Shown here: piece by piece, positions 26,112-38,859 of the stretch
How the letters are laid out: each line of letters starts with the position of its first letter
How positions within the stretch are numbered: position 1 is the stretch's first letter
NCBI RefSeq assembly: GCF_009834535.1
Contig: NC_045696.1
Span: 84,942,001 to 85,006,000 of the forward strand
Origin: Camelus ferus
Lineage: Eukaryota
Length of the DNA: 64,000 bases
Direction of reading: 5' to 3'
Program-made: the position numbers and the translations under genes
Notes under the pieces: generated by a model
What the model was told of the DNA's origin: nothing
What the model saw: only the letters and a program-made list of their open reading frames with translations
The model's database searches: none

Positions 26112-26408
26112 AGACACAGAAAACAAACTTATGGTTACCAGGATGGGGGGGGGGGGTATAAATTGGGAGTTCAAGTTTTGCAGATACTAACTAATATATA
26201 TAAAATAGATAAAGAACAACTTCATACTGTATAACAAAGGGAACTATATTTAGTATCTTGTAGTAACTTACAGTGAAAAAGAATATGAAAAAAAAATGTA
26301 TATTCATGTATGACTGAAGCATTATGCTATACAGCAGAAATTGACACATTGTAAATTGACTATACTTAAATTAAAATAAATAAATATATATACACACACA
26401 CATACAGA
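26112..26408 (+). mobile_element. 5'-truncated L1 3' end (camelid-type) with 16-bp TSD
   Basis: gacacagaaaacaaacttatggttaccag...gggagttcaagttttgcagatactaac...; TSD aaaaacgtttgtggga (26096-26111) and aaaaatgtttgtggga (26409-26424). Confidence 0.95.
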
Positions 26409-27995
26409 AAAAATGTTTGTGGGAGAAGTGAAAAAAGAAGGGACAAGGTTTTGTGCTAGCTGCCAGTCTGTAACCCTGGGAGGACGGGGCTGCACCGGGT
26501 AGATTCGTATCAATATAGCATAGATTAAACAGAGAAGTACGCTGGCGTCACAGAGTAAGTCAATAGTGAAAAGGCGTGAATTAGCCCTCCTGGACCTCTT
26601 TTATTTCACATTGTAGCATGGAAGTTCTGCATATGTTCCCCAAGCCCCAGGGAATGAATGATAGTGGAGCTGAGATCCAGCACCATGCCAGGGAGTCTGT
26701 GTGGCAGAGGGTGAGGTGCCAGACTGCAGAGACTCGCTGGGGGACTAGCTGCCCCACAGCTTCCGTGGAGAATAGGGCTGAAAGGTAAAGGCAGCTTTGC
26801 ATGTCTCACACTTGAGAGTTCAGTAGGAGATGCCAACAAGCAATGTGGGAACCTGAGCAAGGCGCAGATGTGAAAACCAGAGGGCAAAGTGGGAAATGAT
26901 CCTTTTTATGTGGGTCCCAAGTAGTCCCTACTCTTTGCACTGTAGTTTCATGCATACCCTGAGTAAACCAAATGTCCCTTTAGAGAGTGAAAAACTATTT
27001 CAGAAAAAATGGATTTTTACCTAAGAGGTACCTAAAATAGGCTATTTAAATTAGAAAAGATTGACACACTACTGTATTTTATCTAATATAAGAAACCACA
27101 GTTTGTAAGATGCAATCTAAATTTACAGCTGCTAATTTGTAGAAAAAAGACTTCAAAATTGAGGGAAAGACTATTAATAAATATACTTAGAATTCCCTGT
27201 CACCCTCTATCTAAAATAACATTATTCCTGGCTCTCTTACCTGGACTAAATTAAATTTAAATGGGACCTCTCACCGCTTAGAATAAGGATCTGTGTATGC
27301 GTAAGTGTCTATTTAACCAGGGGTATTTCAGCAGTGTAAACAATTAACCTGAATTAAGAAGTATTTTACAGTTTTCTTCCTCTTCCATATTTATTTTCTG
27401 AAATCCCCTACTTCTCTTACCTCGTATGTATCTTCAGTCACAGACTACAGTGAAATTCTATTACCCTATTTCTTCTAACTGCGTGGAAAAGTGGCTCTGT
27501 CAACACTGCTGAGGGTTGGGATATAGCCATTAAGTATATTTTAATTAACATCAGAGCATTTGCTAAGATAGTTGTTTGGATTTATGATATAATTATCAAT
27601 ATGAATCTAGTATTGAAATTATTTCAGGGAACACAATCACTTCTTTATGAAGCTTCCTCTTTGAGATATAAATATATAAAAGTAACAGGAGGGTTTCGTG
27701 GTTCTGTGTAGCTGAACTGATAATTAACAGCATTTCCAATTAATTCCTGTTTTCTTTGCTATCTTTCTCGTATTTGGATTTGAATTCATTGATTCATTTT
27801 TCTTTTATACTTACAGTAGCCACGAGTATGCAGGATCCTCTGAGGGTATTCTATTTTGTTTAGGGACTCCATTTTGCAAATATTTGAAAATCTGAGTTTT
27901 CCCCTCATCATAGAAATACGCCTTTCTATACAGTTGTAAATATTTCCAGATTCTTTTCGAGTGGCTGAGTTGTTCTGTTTGCTATACATTTAAAT

Positions 27996-28000
27996 CAGTG

Positions 28001-28049
<49 letters not shown>

Positions 28050-28560
28050 GACTGTCCACTAGAAAGACATTTTCAAAATTTGTGGAAATGTTTTTACTTC
28101 TCAGAATAGTTGTGAGTTCTTCTTATATTCAGTAACCAGGGAACAAGGATGCTAAATGTCTTAGTATGCATTAAAGCTATCTTACATAGGTAAGCACCAT
28201 GTCACAGGACTTTCAAGTCGCCTACAAGACGTGTGGGTGATAAACCTGTCTATAACTTATCTGAACCCAAGACTTAACTCTTTCATATATGAATGAAAAA
28301 TATCTGTAGATAACTTCAAATACACTAATCTTCTTTTCAGGATATAAGTATTGAGGGAAAATTATATGACATTGTTTATCGTGGTTATTTTGAAATTTTA
28401 CCAAGATTTTTCCACTGGAGTTGCCAGCACAACGTATCTGTATCCATCTACATCTGTTCGTATTGTACACTCATGCCTGCGTATTTATGTACTGAAATAG
28501 ATATTTTATTATAAAGGAGCTTTCTTTTAGGCATTTATATTTATTAATAAAATTTCTATT
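27996..28560 (+). mobile_element. MER20B-like hAT-Charlie element (5' part)
   Basis: cagtgg start; ccagggaacaaggatgctaaatgtc; gataaacctgtctataacttatctgaacc; gtatttatgtactgaaatagatattttattataa. Confidence 0.6.
28004..28045. repeat. (TG)21 microsatellite
   Basis: 42-nt perfect TG run. Confidence 0.95.
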
Positions 28561-28567
28561 TATTCAT

Positions 28568-28935
28568 AGGATTAGTCAGTTATTGCTCCAATAATGCTGC
28601 ATTAGAAATCAGCCCACAAACTGAGTAGTATACAATTATCTTCACTAATTTCTTGCTTTCCTATTGACTGATTGGATAGTCAGGGTTTTGAATGACTTAG
28701 GGTAGATTTGTCTACAGTCAAAAAAGTTGAGTTCAGGTCTTCTACAACAGTCTCCCATCCTCCTTTGACCAGAAACAACCTGAGACATGTTCTTCTTTTT
28801 GTCTAAATGCAGGGACATAGAATATATAGCCCAAATGAATGCACACAAATCAAGTTTGTGTTCATATGGCATCTGCTTACATCAGTTGTCCAAAGCAATT
28901 TTTATGGCCAAACCAAAAATCAAAAAGTGGGAAAA
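28568..28935 (-). mobile_element. MLT1 (I/J-like) LTR, truncated
   Basis: ttagtcagttattgctccaataatgctgc...atctgcttacatcagttgtccaaagcaa...atggccaaaccaaaaatca. Confidence 0.7.
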
Positions 28936-28944
28936 ATGCGCATT

Positions 28945-30020
28945 TATATCACACAAACCCATCTCAAAAATGTTTACATCACATTTATATATGATAGTCA
29001 AAAGCTGGAAACTACCCATATGCCTTTCAGCAGGTAAATGGAATAACAAATAGTGTCATATCCATGCACTGGAATAATACTCAGCAAATAAAAGGGACAA
29101 ACTATTTATATATTAAATTCTTTGGGTAAATATCAAAGGCATTATGTGAATTATAGAAGCCTGTCTCAAAAAGTTCTGTATTCTATGATTCCATATATAT
29201 TTTGACATTTTTAAAAGACAAAACTCCAGTAATAGAAAACAGATCAGTAGTTACCAGGGATTGAGTATGGTGATGGCTGCAACTCTTAACAGAATTTGCA
29301 GGAATTTAGGGGAGACAATGGAACTTTTTGTATCATTTGTTGTGGTGGTTAAACAAATCTATATTTGTTAAACTTCATAGAACTGGTGGCAAACAGTCAT
29401 GAAAATGGTTGCCAATGACCTCAGCTCCCAGGAATCACACCCTTGTGTAATCAGTCCTCTTTCCTTGAATGGGAAATGGTCTAATAAGTTACTTCTAACC
29501 AGTAGAATACAGCAAATGTGTGGGATGTTGCTTGCATGACTAGGTTTTATAAGATTGAGACTCTGTCTTGATAGCATGCTCTTTCCCTTGCTGACTTTTG
29601 AAGCAAGCTGACATGTTGGTGAAGTCCATCCAGCAATAAAATGAAGTTAGTCTTCAGGAAATAGCCAGCTAGGAACTAAGGTCCTCAGTGCAGGAACTAA
29701 CAGTCCTCTGTTCCTTCAGGAACAGAAATTCTGCCAGCAACCACATAAGCTTAAAAGTAGATCTTCCCCCAGTTAGGTCTTCAGATAAGTCCCTAGCTCT
29801 GGCCAACACCTTGATTGCAGCCTTGTGAGACCTTGAAAAGGGATACAACTAAATTAGATTCTTAACCCTCAGAAACTGTCAAATGATAAATGTGTGTAAT
29901 TTTTAAGCCACAAAGTGTGTGGTAATTTGTTACACAGTAATAGAAAATTACAGAGAACTGTTCACCAAAAGAAAAACTCAGTTCTATTATGTGATACCTT
30001 AAAAAAGTAAAACCTAAAAT
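28945..30020 (+). mobile_element. L1MD/MC-like 3' end, split by an MLT1 LTR
   Basis: gtcaaaagctggaaactaccc...aatactcagcaaataaaaggg...gaaaacagatcagtagttaccaggga...aaacttcatagaactg, resuming at ttcaccaaaagaaaa after 29960. Confidence 0.8.
29385..29953 (+). mobile_element. MLT1 (F/E-like) solo LTR
   Basis: cacacccttgtgtaatc...ctggccaacaccttgattgcagccttgtgagacc...ggtaatttgttacacagtaatagaaaattaca; AGAACTG duplicated at 29379-29385 and 29954-29960. Confidence 0.9.
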
Positions 30021-30059
30021 ATAAGGCGTGACATAATTTTAAGTAGGTATTTCAGTACA

Positions 30060-33000
30060 TTTTTATTATGCTAACATATATATAACATAAAATTTGTCAT
30101 TTAACCATTTTATATATGTATATATATAATTATATGTTTATATATATATATAATTCAATGGCATAATTACATTCACAATATTGCACAATAATCCTACAAT
30201 CTATTTCCACAAGTTTTTCATTGCCCCACACAGAATCTCTGTAATGAGTAAGTAATAATTCCTTTTCTCTCCCTCTTCCCATCTCCTGGCAACTGCTAAT
30301 CTACTTTCTGTTTCTATTAATTTATGTATTCCAGGTATTTTGTGTAAGTGGGATCACAATATTTGTCCTTCGTGCTTGACTTATTTCACTTAGCATTAGA
30401 TTTTTAAGGCACAACATGGATGTTGTGCCTATATTGGAGTTTCATTCTTTTTTATGGCTAAATAATACTACATTGTATGTATATACCACATTTTGTTTAA
30501 CAACTCACTTGTTAATGGACATTTGGGTTACTTTCATCTTTTGATTATTTTGAATAATGCTGCATGAACATTGAATTACAAAGTGTCTGTTTGAGTCCTG
30601 CTGGAATTATTTCAGTTATATAGAGAGAATTGTAATTGCTGGGGCAAATGGTAATTCTGTGGAGAGCTTTTTGAAGAACTGCCAAACTGTTTTCCAAGTG
30701 GCTACAATACTTTTCATTTCCACTAGCAATGCACAAGGGTTCCAGTTTCCTCACATTTTTGCCAACACATGTTATTTACATTTTAAAATGTATAGCTATC
30801 CCAATGAATGTGAAATGGTGTCTCACTGTGGTTTTGATTTGCATTTCTCTAACGGCTAATGATGTTGACCATCTGTTCATGTGCTGATTGACTATTTGTA
30901 GGTCATCTTTGGAGAAACGTCTATTTAAGCGTGTTGCTCACATTTTATTTGAAATCTATGTTTTTTCTTGTGTTTCTCATTCTTCTGGGGTAGCATTTAA
31001 AAATCCATTGCAAATCCAAGGTCATGAAGATTAACCCCTTTGTTTTTCTCTAAAAGTGTAATGGTTTTAGCTCTTAATTTTACGTCATCGATCCATTTTG
31101 AGTTAATCTTTGTAAATAGTGTCAGGTCCAACTTCATTCTTTTGTATGAGACTATCCAAGTGTTGTTCCAGCACCATCTGTTGAAGAGACTATTATTTCC
31201 CTATTGAATGGATTAGGCACCCATGTCAAAAATCAATTAGCCATAGAGATATGGGTTTACTTCTGAACTCTCAATACATTTCAGTCAATCTATATGTCTC
31301 TCCTAAGTCAATATCACATTGTTTCAATTACTGTAGTTTTGTATTAAGTTTTGAATTCAGGGAGTGTGAATCACCAAAAATTTCCTCTTTTCAGGGTCAT
31401 TTCAGTTATTTGGGGTCCCTTGAAATTCCATATAAATTTGAGGATACATTTCTACGAAAGATAATGTTTGAATTTTGAAAGGGATGGGTCAAATCTGTAA
31501 GTCACTTTGGATAGTACTGACGTCTTAACAATATTCAGTCATCCAGTCCATGAACATGGAATATCTTTCCATTTATTTAGATCTTTAGCGTATTTTTAAG
31601 TTTTGTTGTCTGCAGTGTTTCAGTGTACAGGTCTTTACCTCTTCGGTTAAGTTTGTTCCTAGGTTCTTTATTCTCTTAGATGCCATTGTAAGTGAAATTG
31701 CTTTCTTAATGTACTTTATGGATTATTCAGTGCTGGTGAATAGAAACACATCTAACATGTCTGTGTTGATCATGTATCCTGAAAATTGCTGAATTCATTT
31801 AATAATTCTGGTAGTTCTTGTGCGTTCTTTAAGATTTTCTACATATGGGACCATAACATGTGAAAGTGAGTTATCAAAGTCTACAACTATTATTGTAAAA
31901 CTGTCTGTTTCATTCTTCAATTCTGTAAATGTTTGTTTCATATACTTGGGACTCTGTAGATTGGTTGCATATAATTATATCTTCTTAATGAATTAAACTT
32001 TTTATTACTATATAATGTCTTTCTCTTGAAACAATTTTTGTCTTAAATTCTAATATTAACACACTCAGCTATCTTTTGGTAACTATTTGCATGGAATATC
32101 TTTTCTCATTTTTTTCACTTTCAAGCTGTTTATATCTTTGATCTAAACTGAGTCTCTTGTAGAAAACATATAGTTATCTCTTATTTTTCTAATCCATTCT
32201 GCCAATCTTTGACTTTTGACTGGACAATTTAAATAATTTACACTTAAAGTAATTACTGATGAGGAGGGATTTGTCTGCCACTTTACTATTTGTTTCTGTA
32301 TGCTTTATACATTTTTATCCTTCATTCCCTGTATTACTACTTGCTTCTGTGTTTAGTTAACTTATATTGTGAATCATTTTAATTCCCATCTCATTTCCTT
32401 TCATGTATATTCTTTAGGTGTTTTCTTGATTATTATCATGGAGGTTATATTTAACATACTAAATTTATAACAGTCTAATTTGGTGTATACAAACTTAATT
32501 ACAATCACATGTAACACTCTGCTCCTCTGCAGCCTCATCATCCTCATCTTATTGTTGTCACTAATTAAATTTTATAGATTTCATGCCCAAATAACATTGA
32601 CTTTTAATTATATTTTATGTATTTGCTTTTTTAAATCATGTTGGAAATAAAATGAAATTAAAAACCAAAATAATAATAATAATGGCTTTTATATTTGATC
32701 ATGCATTTACCTTTACCAGAGATCTTTATTTCTTTATATAGCTTTAAGTGACTGTCCAGTGTCATTTTATTTCAACTAGAAGGATTTCGTTCAAGGTTCT
32801 TATCAGGTGGAAATGAACTGCCTCAGCTTTTGTTTATCTGGAAATGTTAGTTTATCCTTAATTTATGAAGGGCATTTTGCCAGATATAGAATTATTGGGT
32901 GAATTTTTTTTCTGTAAGTACCTTAAATATGTCATCCTATAGCATTCTGGCCTCCATGATTTCTGATGAGAAATTGGCTCTTAATTTTTTATACATTCTT

Positions 33001-33756
33001 TCAAGATTCTCACTTTGTTATGGCTTTTAACAATTTGATTTTAATTTCTCTCGGTATGGATCTCTGACTTTATCCTACTTGGAGTTCACTGATAATCTTA
33101 TATTTGTACATTTACGTATTTCATCAAATGTGGGACATGTTTGGTAGACATTTCTTCAAATATTTTTGTGTCTTTTTCTCTGTTTTTCTTCTGGGGCCTC
33201 CATAATTTTTATGTTGGTCTGCTTATTGGTGTCCTAGCAGCTTTTTCTCTCAGGCCTTAGTTTGTCTAGTTTTTATCTTAATCCTAAAAATCTGTGGGTT
33301 GTAAGTTTCCCTGTCAGCCTTTACTAAGCAATGCCTGCCACTGCTGGCCTGAATTCTAAATTGAACAAAACAAAGTTGAGCACCTTGCATTAGTCCTTCA
33401 GGTAGCTTTCAGACAGGTTAGTACAGACATTTACAGTAATTTATAAGATTTGTTATGCTCCCTTCAAAACCAGAGATCAGGGCTCCCTACTGGGAACACA
33501 CTCTGTAGCCATTTCAAGACTTGCTACCACACTGGGAATTGGAGGGAGCAAGTGGAAGTGAAAATATCCACAACTTCCCTGCTCTCTTCAAGTTGCTTTT
33601 TTTTTGATTCAGTGTTTTCTGGGTTGCTATAAATCTCTGACTGATTTCCAGAGTCCTAATAAGGTTGGTTCTGACAGATTCTGCCTTTAAAAAAAGTATT
33701 TCTGTGGAAAAATGAGAGTTTGGAGCTGCTTACATTATCATTTTTCTGATGTCACT
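30060..33756 (-). mobile_element. L1MB/L1M4-like element retaining both ends, internally deleted
   Basis: 3' UTR at 30060-30900, ORF2 antisense to about 31860 with an abrupt jump, then ORF1-side and 5' UTR sequence ending ggagctgcttacattatcatttttctgatgtcact. Confidence 0.85.
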
Positions 33757-34884
33757 ATGCAGCATTTATTCTGTTATTTTTCAGGGCAGAATAGCAGTGT
33801 CATGTGTAATGATTCCTTTACTAGGGGATATTATTTTGGCAATTTTGTGGCAAGAAGTGGAAGCTAATATATTTGACCTTTAATACTGTCATCCTTTTTG
33901 TCATGCTGACACTCAAATTCCTTACACTTCCTGCCATGTCATATAAAACAATAACTTTTTTTCAGATAGTACAAAATACCACTTTATAATTCACATACTT
34001 ATTGTAAACTTTCAATACATTTGTGTATATGGTTGTTGTAACATTTGTCATTAGGTTTTACTCAGAAACAATCGACAAATACATACCTATTTTTATGCAA
34101 AGTACTACCAATGGTGTTCCGATAAATATAGAAGATAATTTTGAATATGTTATTTAAAACTTTTGAGAAGACTGCATATGTTAAGATCAGCTATATCTTT
34201 TTTAAGGAAATGTTGTTCATTGCATAATAAAGTATTTTTATTTAATTCAAATATTTCTGCACATCTATCTTATTGAAAATAAGCTTTATTTTTAATCTTA
34301 TTTTTGAACCAACAAGAAAGGGAATATGGTGAGTTCTTTGACTGAAAAGATCTCAGTTCTTCACAGCATCAGTCTAAAAGTATCAAAGGGGCAGGTGTTG
34401 GAGCATGATTTCAATAGGAAAAATAAAAATAGAGCCTAAGCCTTTGTGACAGATGTCAAGCATGCTGACAACTGTTAAAAGAAAAATCATTTTCCTGATC
34501 CTGTGCAAGGAGACAGCTTGTAAGATTAAAGATGTATCTCTTTATCTATGTTTTTGGCTGATCATTTCTACTGAATAGGGCATGAAAGGTACTTCAGATG
34601 GAGAAAAGGACTCCCAAGAATTTTCATCATCTACTACATAAAGGGTATAATGAAAAGTCAGAAAGTAAAGAAATATAAAAAATAAATAAGAATAAAACCT
34701 TAGGAATAAAACCTAAGCTGAGCAAAATTTTCTGTATAGTTTTAAGCCCAAATATTAGTATGATAAATTCTTTCTAGTTTAAAAATTCTTAAAATTCTCC
34801 AATAGTAAAAACATAAACCAAATAGTGAATAATATATAATAAATGCTTAGTAACTAATTGGGTAATGGCTTGTCTTTTTATTAA

Positions 34885-35175
34885 TGATTTTTTTTTTAAT
34901 TTAACAGTGCATCTTAGTAATGTTTTCATTATACTCATAGAGCTACACAAATTTGCATAGTATTCCATTGTATGGATTAATCAAAGCTTATTTATTTATC
35001 TATTCCTACTGGTGGGCATTAAGTATTTATATGTTGTTTTTGGTGTTGCAAATGCTACTGCCCTGGACATTTTTATATTATGTTTCCTTGAACTTGTTGA
35101 GTATTTCCCTTAATGTAAATGCTGACAAGTAGAAATACTGAGCTACTAGAAATACACATTTTAAATTTTAATTCA
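34885..35175 (-). mobile_element. Ancient L1 (L1ME-like) 3' fragment
   Basis: gcatagtattccattgtatgga...tattcctactggtgggcatt...aagtagaaatactgagc. Confidence 0.65.
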
Positions 35176-36436
35176 AATTTACCTCATCTTGTATACATTT
35201 TGCAATGTATTTCTTTTTTATTATTATTACTGTTACTAACATGGACACTTACCTGCTCTCCTAAAATCCTATATCTATTTTTTTAAAATGGATTTTTTTT
35301 TTTTTTAGATAAGACGTTAGAAAATCAGTAAAGGCTGTTCATTCCCAACCCTTCTTTGTCTCATATTTCCTCCTACATACATTCTGTAGCTCAGGAAGAA
35401 GAATATACTAATTACACCTTGAACATCTTCTGTAACTTTTCCTCTCTCTACACACATGCATCATATATTTTGTCTAGCTTCATTTTGAGGTTTCTAGCTT
35501 ATCTGAAGGTGTCTCAGTCCCACCTTCTGTCCGCAGATTTCTGTCTTCCAAGTATGCAAATCTTGACTTCCTAAATGTCAGCATATTGCTTTGTATATGA
35601 TCGATATATTTTGATGAATTGTAGTTTAATAAATATGTATTAAGCCAAAGGTATCTTTAAAACTGAGAGTATTTAGCTGGATTAGTTTTCATTAATTTTT
35701 CTGATTAATGAATCTGGAGGTATTTAGAGATAAAAGACCAAGGTCATTTGGCATCTTGGCTATGTTGAAAACACTTGAGAATACTGAAATTAATTATTTT
35801 TATAAATAATTTGTAGAAAAAGGTATTATTCAATTTCAAAACTATGACAGTCAATAGGTATTTTTAATGACCAACTTTTCTTTTTATAATTGAAATCCAC
35901 TACTTCCTGTCTGAACGCCAGTGAAGACTTGGGAAAGCCATATTGTGCCATAAAGTCTTTCTTGGGAAAGACTTGTGCCATATTGGAGAAACACCAAGTA
36001 CCCCCACCACTGTGGTTCTCCATTCAGTTCCTTTAAAACAAAGTTAGCCTTTGTGAGTTACATACTGCTATGCTCAAATTCAGCTATTAAGTTTGCTTTG
36101 AATTTGGGTATAGTGACCACTGTTGGGTTTAAAGTTATTGTAAATGAAAAAACACATTAATAAAATACTTACTTTGTGTTTGTTTGACCATTTATTTAGG
36201 GGGCACAGACATTTATTTATTCATTAACAATGGCAACAGTCATTTGTGCTCTCTTACAACACCTGAAGAACAGATTATATGTTTATTGAAGGAGAACCAT
36301 GTTATACTTGCATTTTAAATGGTCTATTTATCCTGTTTTGGAAAAAGACTCTCTTATTCATGCACTGAGTCTTTAGTATCTTTGTAGCTATGTGGTTTAT
36401 GCAATACCAAACAGTGCCTTATAATCCTTAGATATG

Positions 36437-36815
36437 TGTTATAAGCTGAATTGAGTCCCCCCTCAAACTCATATATTTAATATGGAATCCCCAACACCTC
36501 AGAATGTGACTGTATTTGGAGATAGGATTTTTTTTTTTAAGAGTAAGTTAAAATGAGGTTATTAAAGCGGGCCCTAATCCAATATGCCTGGTGCCCTTAT
36601 AAGAAAGGGAGATTAGGACAGAGACACACACACAGGAAAGACCATGTAAAGACCAAGCGAGAAGACAGCCATCTACAAGTCAAAGAGAGGGGCCTCAGAA
36701 GAAATCAAACCTTTAGGTCAGACTCCAGCCTCCAAAATTGCAAGAAAATAAATTTCAGTTGTTTAAGCCACCTAGTCTGTGGTATTTGTCATGGCAGCCC
36801 AAGCAAGCTAATACA
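36437..36815 (+). mobile_element. MLT1B-like MaLR solo LTR
   Basis: tgttataagctgaattgagtcccc...cctcagaatgtgactgtatttggagatagg...ttaagccacctagtctgtggtatttgtcatggcagcccaagcaagctaataca. Confidence 0.92.
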
Positions 36816-37369
36816 GTATATAACTGAAAACTGTGACATAAAGCTTATGACCAACGGTATGGTATAGGGAAAGAATATGAACTGAATGGTATAGGGAAGG
36901 AGTAATTTTATACTGAATGCACTTTTAATATATAATATATCTTTATCCTATGATACTCAAATCACTCTGTTAAGTACTATAATTAACATACACAAAACTT
37001 GTTAGAATGTGACAAAATTTTGCAAAAGAAAAATTTAAATATAATAATGAACAATATGCCATACTACAATTGATTTGTTCATAAATAATGCAAAGTCAGA
37101 TATTGGCCATTCAAATTATGACCTGTCTGAATTTGATACTCATTCATACAAGACAAAACATACATGAAAACTAAGCAATAATAAATGATGATAATATAGT
37201 GGGAAAAAATACATATTGCATTTTCCTGTAGATCCTTTTCTGCCTATTTAGTCTTAATTTTAACTCTTATATTATCTCCTTATTAAAAATCTCTTCTGTC
37301 CCTCTCTTTCCTCTAAACAGCTGGCCATATATCAATTCACAGACAAAACTGAAGAAAGTAAGAGAGAAT

Positions 37370-37790
37370 TTAAACATTGTCCAGTGACTACAAAGTATTT
37401 GCTTCTGTATGCACATGTTTCTTTTCCACTTCAGTTTCTATGAATGAACTATGTCTGCTTCTAAGAAAACTTTTCTGTCTGCTGCAACCTGTCTAGTCTC
37501 TTCAACATGGCACTGACATATTGTAGCAAGTTTCTCTTTTACTTCTGTAACATCAGTTTTCTTCTGTACAGGATCATTCCCATCAGAGCACAGACATGCT
37601 GTAACTTCTCACCTTCAAAACACTCTGTTAATCCTAATTTCCCTCCACATATTTCTCCTAAATATCTACATAGAGCTTTTCCACACACAGACCTTCCCCT
37701 CAGTCAGCTCCCACTACCTCTTGAACCCATTATTACTAAGCTTTTATGCCCAATAAGGCAACAACTCATTTTTGTATAGACTATCCACAT
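37370..37790 (+). mobile_element. L2 internal fragment
   Basis: tgaatgaactatgtctgcttcta...ggatcattcccatcagagcacagacatgct...cttgaacccatt. Confidence 0.5.
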
Positions 37791-37794
37791 TTAT

Positions 37795-37910
37795 CCCTTA
37801 AACAAGCATTTATTCAGCATTCATTACATAGAAGAAAACATTGTGGACAATGAGGATACAGCATTGAATTAAACAGGCCAAGCTCCTGTCCTCCATGAGA
37901 TGGATAGTAG
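37795..37910 (-). mobile_element. L2 3' end
   Basis: aacaagcatttattcagcatt...gaggatacagcattgaattaaacagg...cctgtcctccatgag. Confidence 0.7.
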
Positions 37911-37964
37911 TTTTTTTGTTATTATGAATAGAAAATAGATAGCAGGAAAAATGAGGGCTGTTGA

Positions 37965-38131
37965 ACCTGCTACTCAAGGTATATTCTGTGGACCTGTAGT
38001 ATTGACAGCCCCTCAGAGCTTGTGAGAAATGCAGAATTGTCAGTCCCTGTGCCAGTCCTACAGAATCAGAATGTGTGATTTGCGAAGATCCCCAGGTGAT
38101 ACAAATATTCATCAAACTTTAAGGAGCACTG
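37965..38131 (+). mobile_element. MER5A/MER5A1 hAT-Charlie MITE
   Basis: gctactcaag...gagcttgtgagaaatgcagaatt...cctacagaatcagaat...gatccccaggtgat...tttaaggagcactg. Confidence 0.85.
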
Positions 38132-38285
38132 GAAAAGTCTTAACAGAAGACACCTACTGGGAAAATGTATAATAGACCTCTTTAATAATTTAAAGGTCAG
38201 TGTTTATCAATTATTTTAATCCATGGTTCTTTCAGTGCTATCTTTGCCTAGTGTTATTTCTGTAGTTTACAGTATAAATTCCTCT

Positions 38286-38694
38286 ATTAGTTAAGATTTC
38301 ACCTAGCTGCAAGAAACAGAAAACCCAGCACCATAGATGTAAAAAGTTATTGCTATCCTTTCAACCGCTCAGTGGCATTCCTACTGATATTTCTATGATT
38401 ATCTTAAATATTCAGCAAAGTTGCAAGATGGTTTTTGCCTTTAAGCTAGAAAAGACAGAAGGGATATACCAGACATGGCTTTGCTTTAATCAAAAAATGA
38501 AGAATTTTTCCCCAAAGCACCTCCATCCCAAAACTTACCTGCTTATTTATTATGTTCTAAAACTGAGTAATTTGGCCCCAACTAGCTGCAAGAGAGACTG
38601 GGAAAGTGAGAATTTGGCTCTCTAGGTAATATAGAGGAAAGTGGTAAAAGACAGGATTAGAAATATCTTTAGAAAAGCAGTTGTGTCTACCACA
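38286..38694 (-). mobile_element. ERVL LTR33-like LTR
   Basis: tattagttaagat...gctgcaagaaacagaaaaccc...ctagctgcaagagagactgggaaagtgag...gtgtctaccaca. Confidence 0.6.
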
Positions 38695-38859
38695 ATATCA
38701 TAGACATATCCACTGTGTTTTCAAACTTTAATTAGATAATAAACATAATTATCTTCTGCTACAGCCACCCCCCACCATGTCTAGTATCTTCATGCTCCTT
38801 CAGGAACACCATTGCCGATTCTTGCTTAGTAGAGAATCTCAAGAGATCCCAAATGGATC

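Noticed and set aside
27786..27989. Minus-strand stretch open in two frames ending near a gtaagt donor
   Set aside because: No good acceptor, it abuts a DNA transposon, and neither peptide is recognisable.
36553..36867. 104-aa ORF
   Set aside because: Lies almost entirely within the MLT1B-like LTR.
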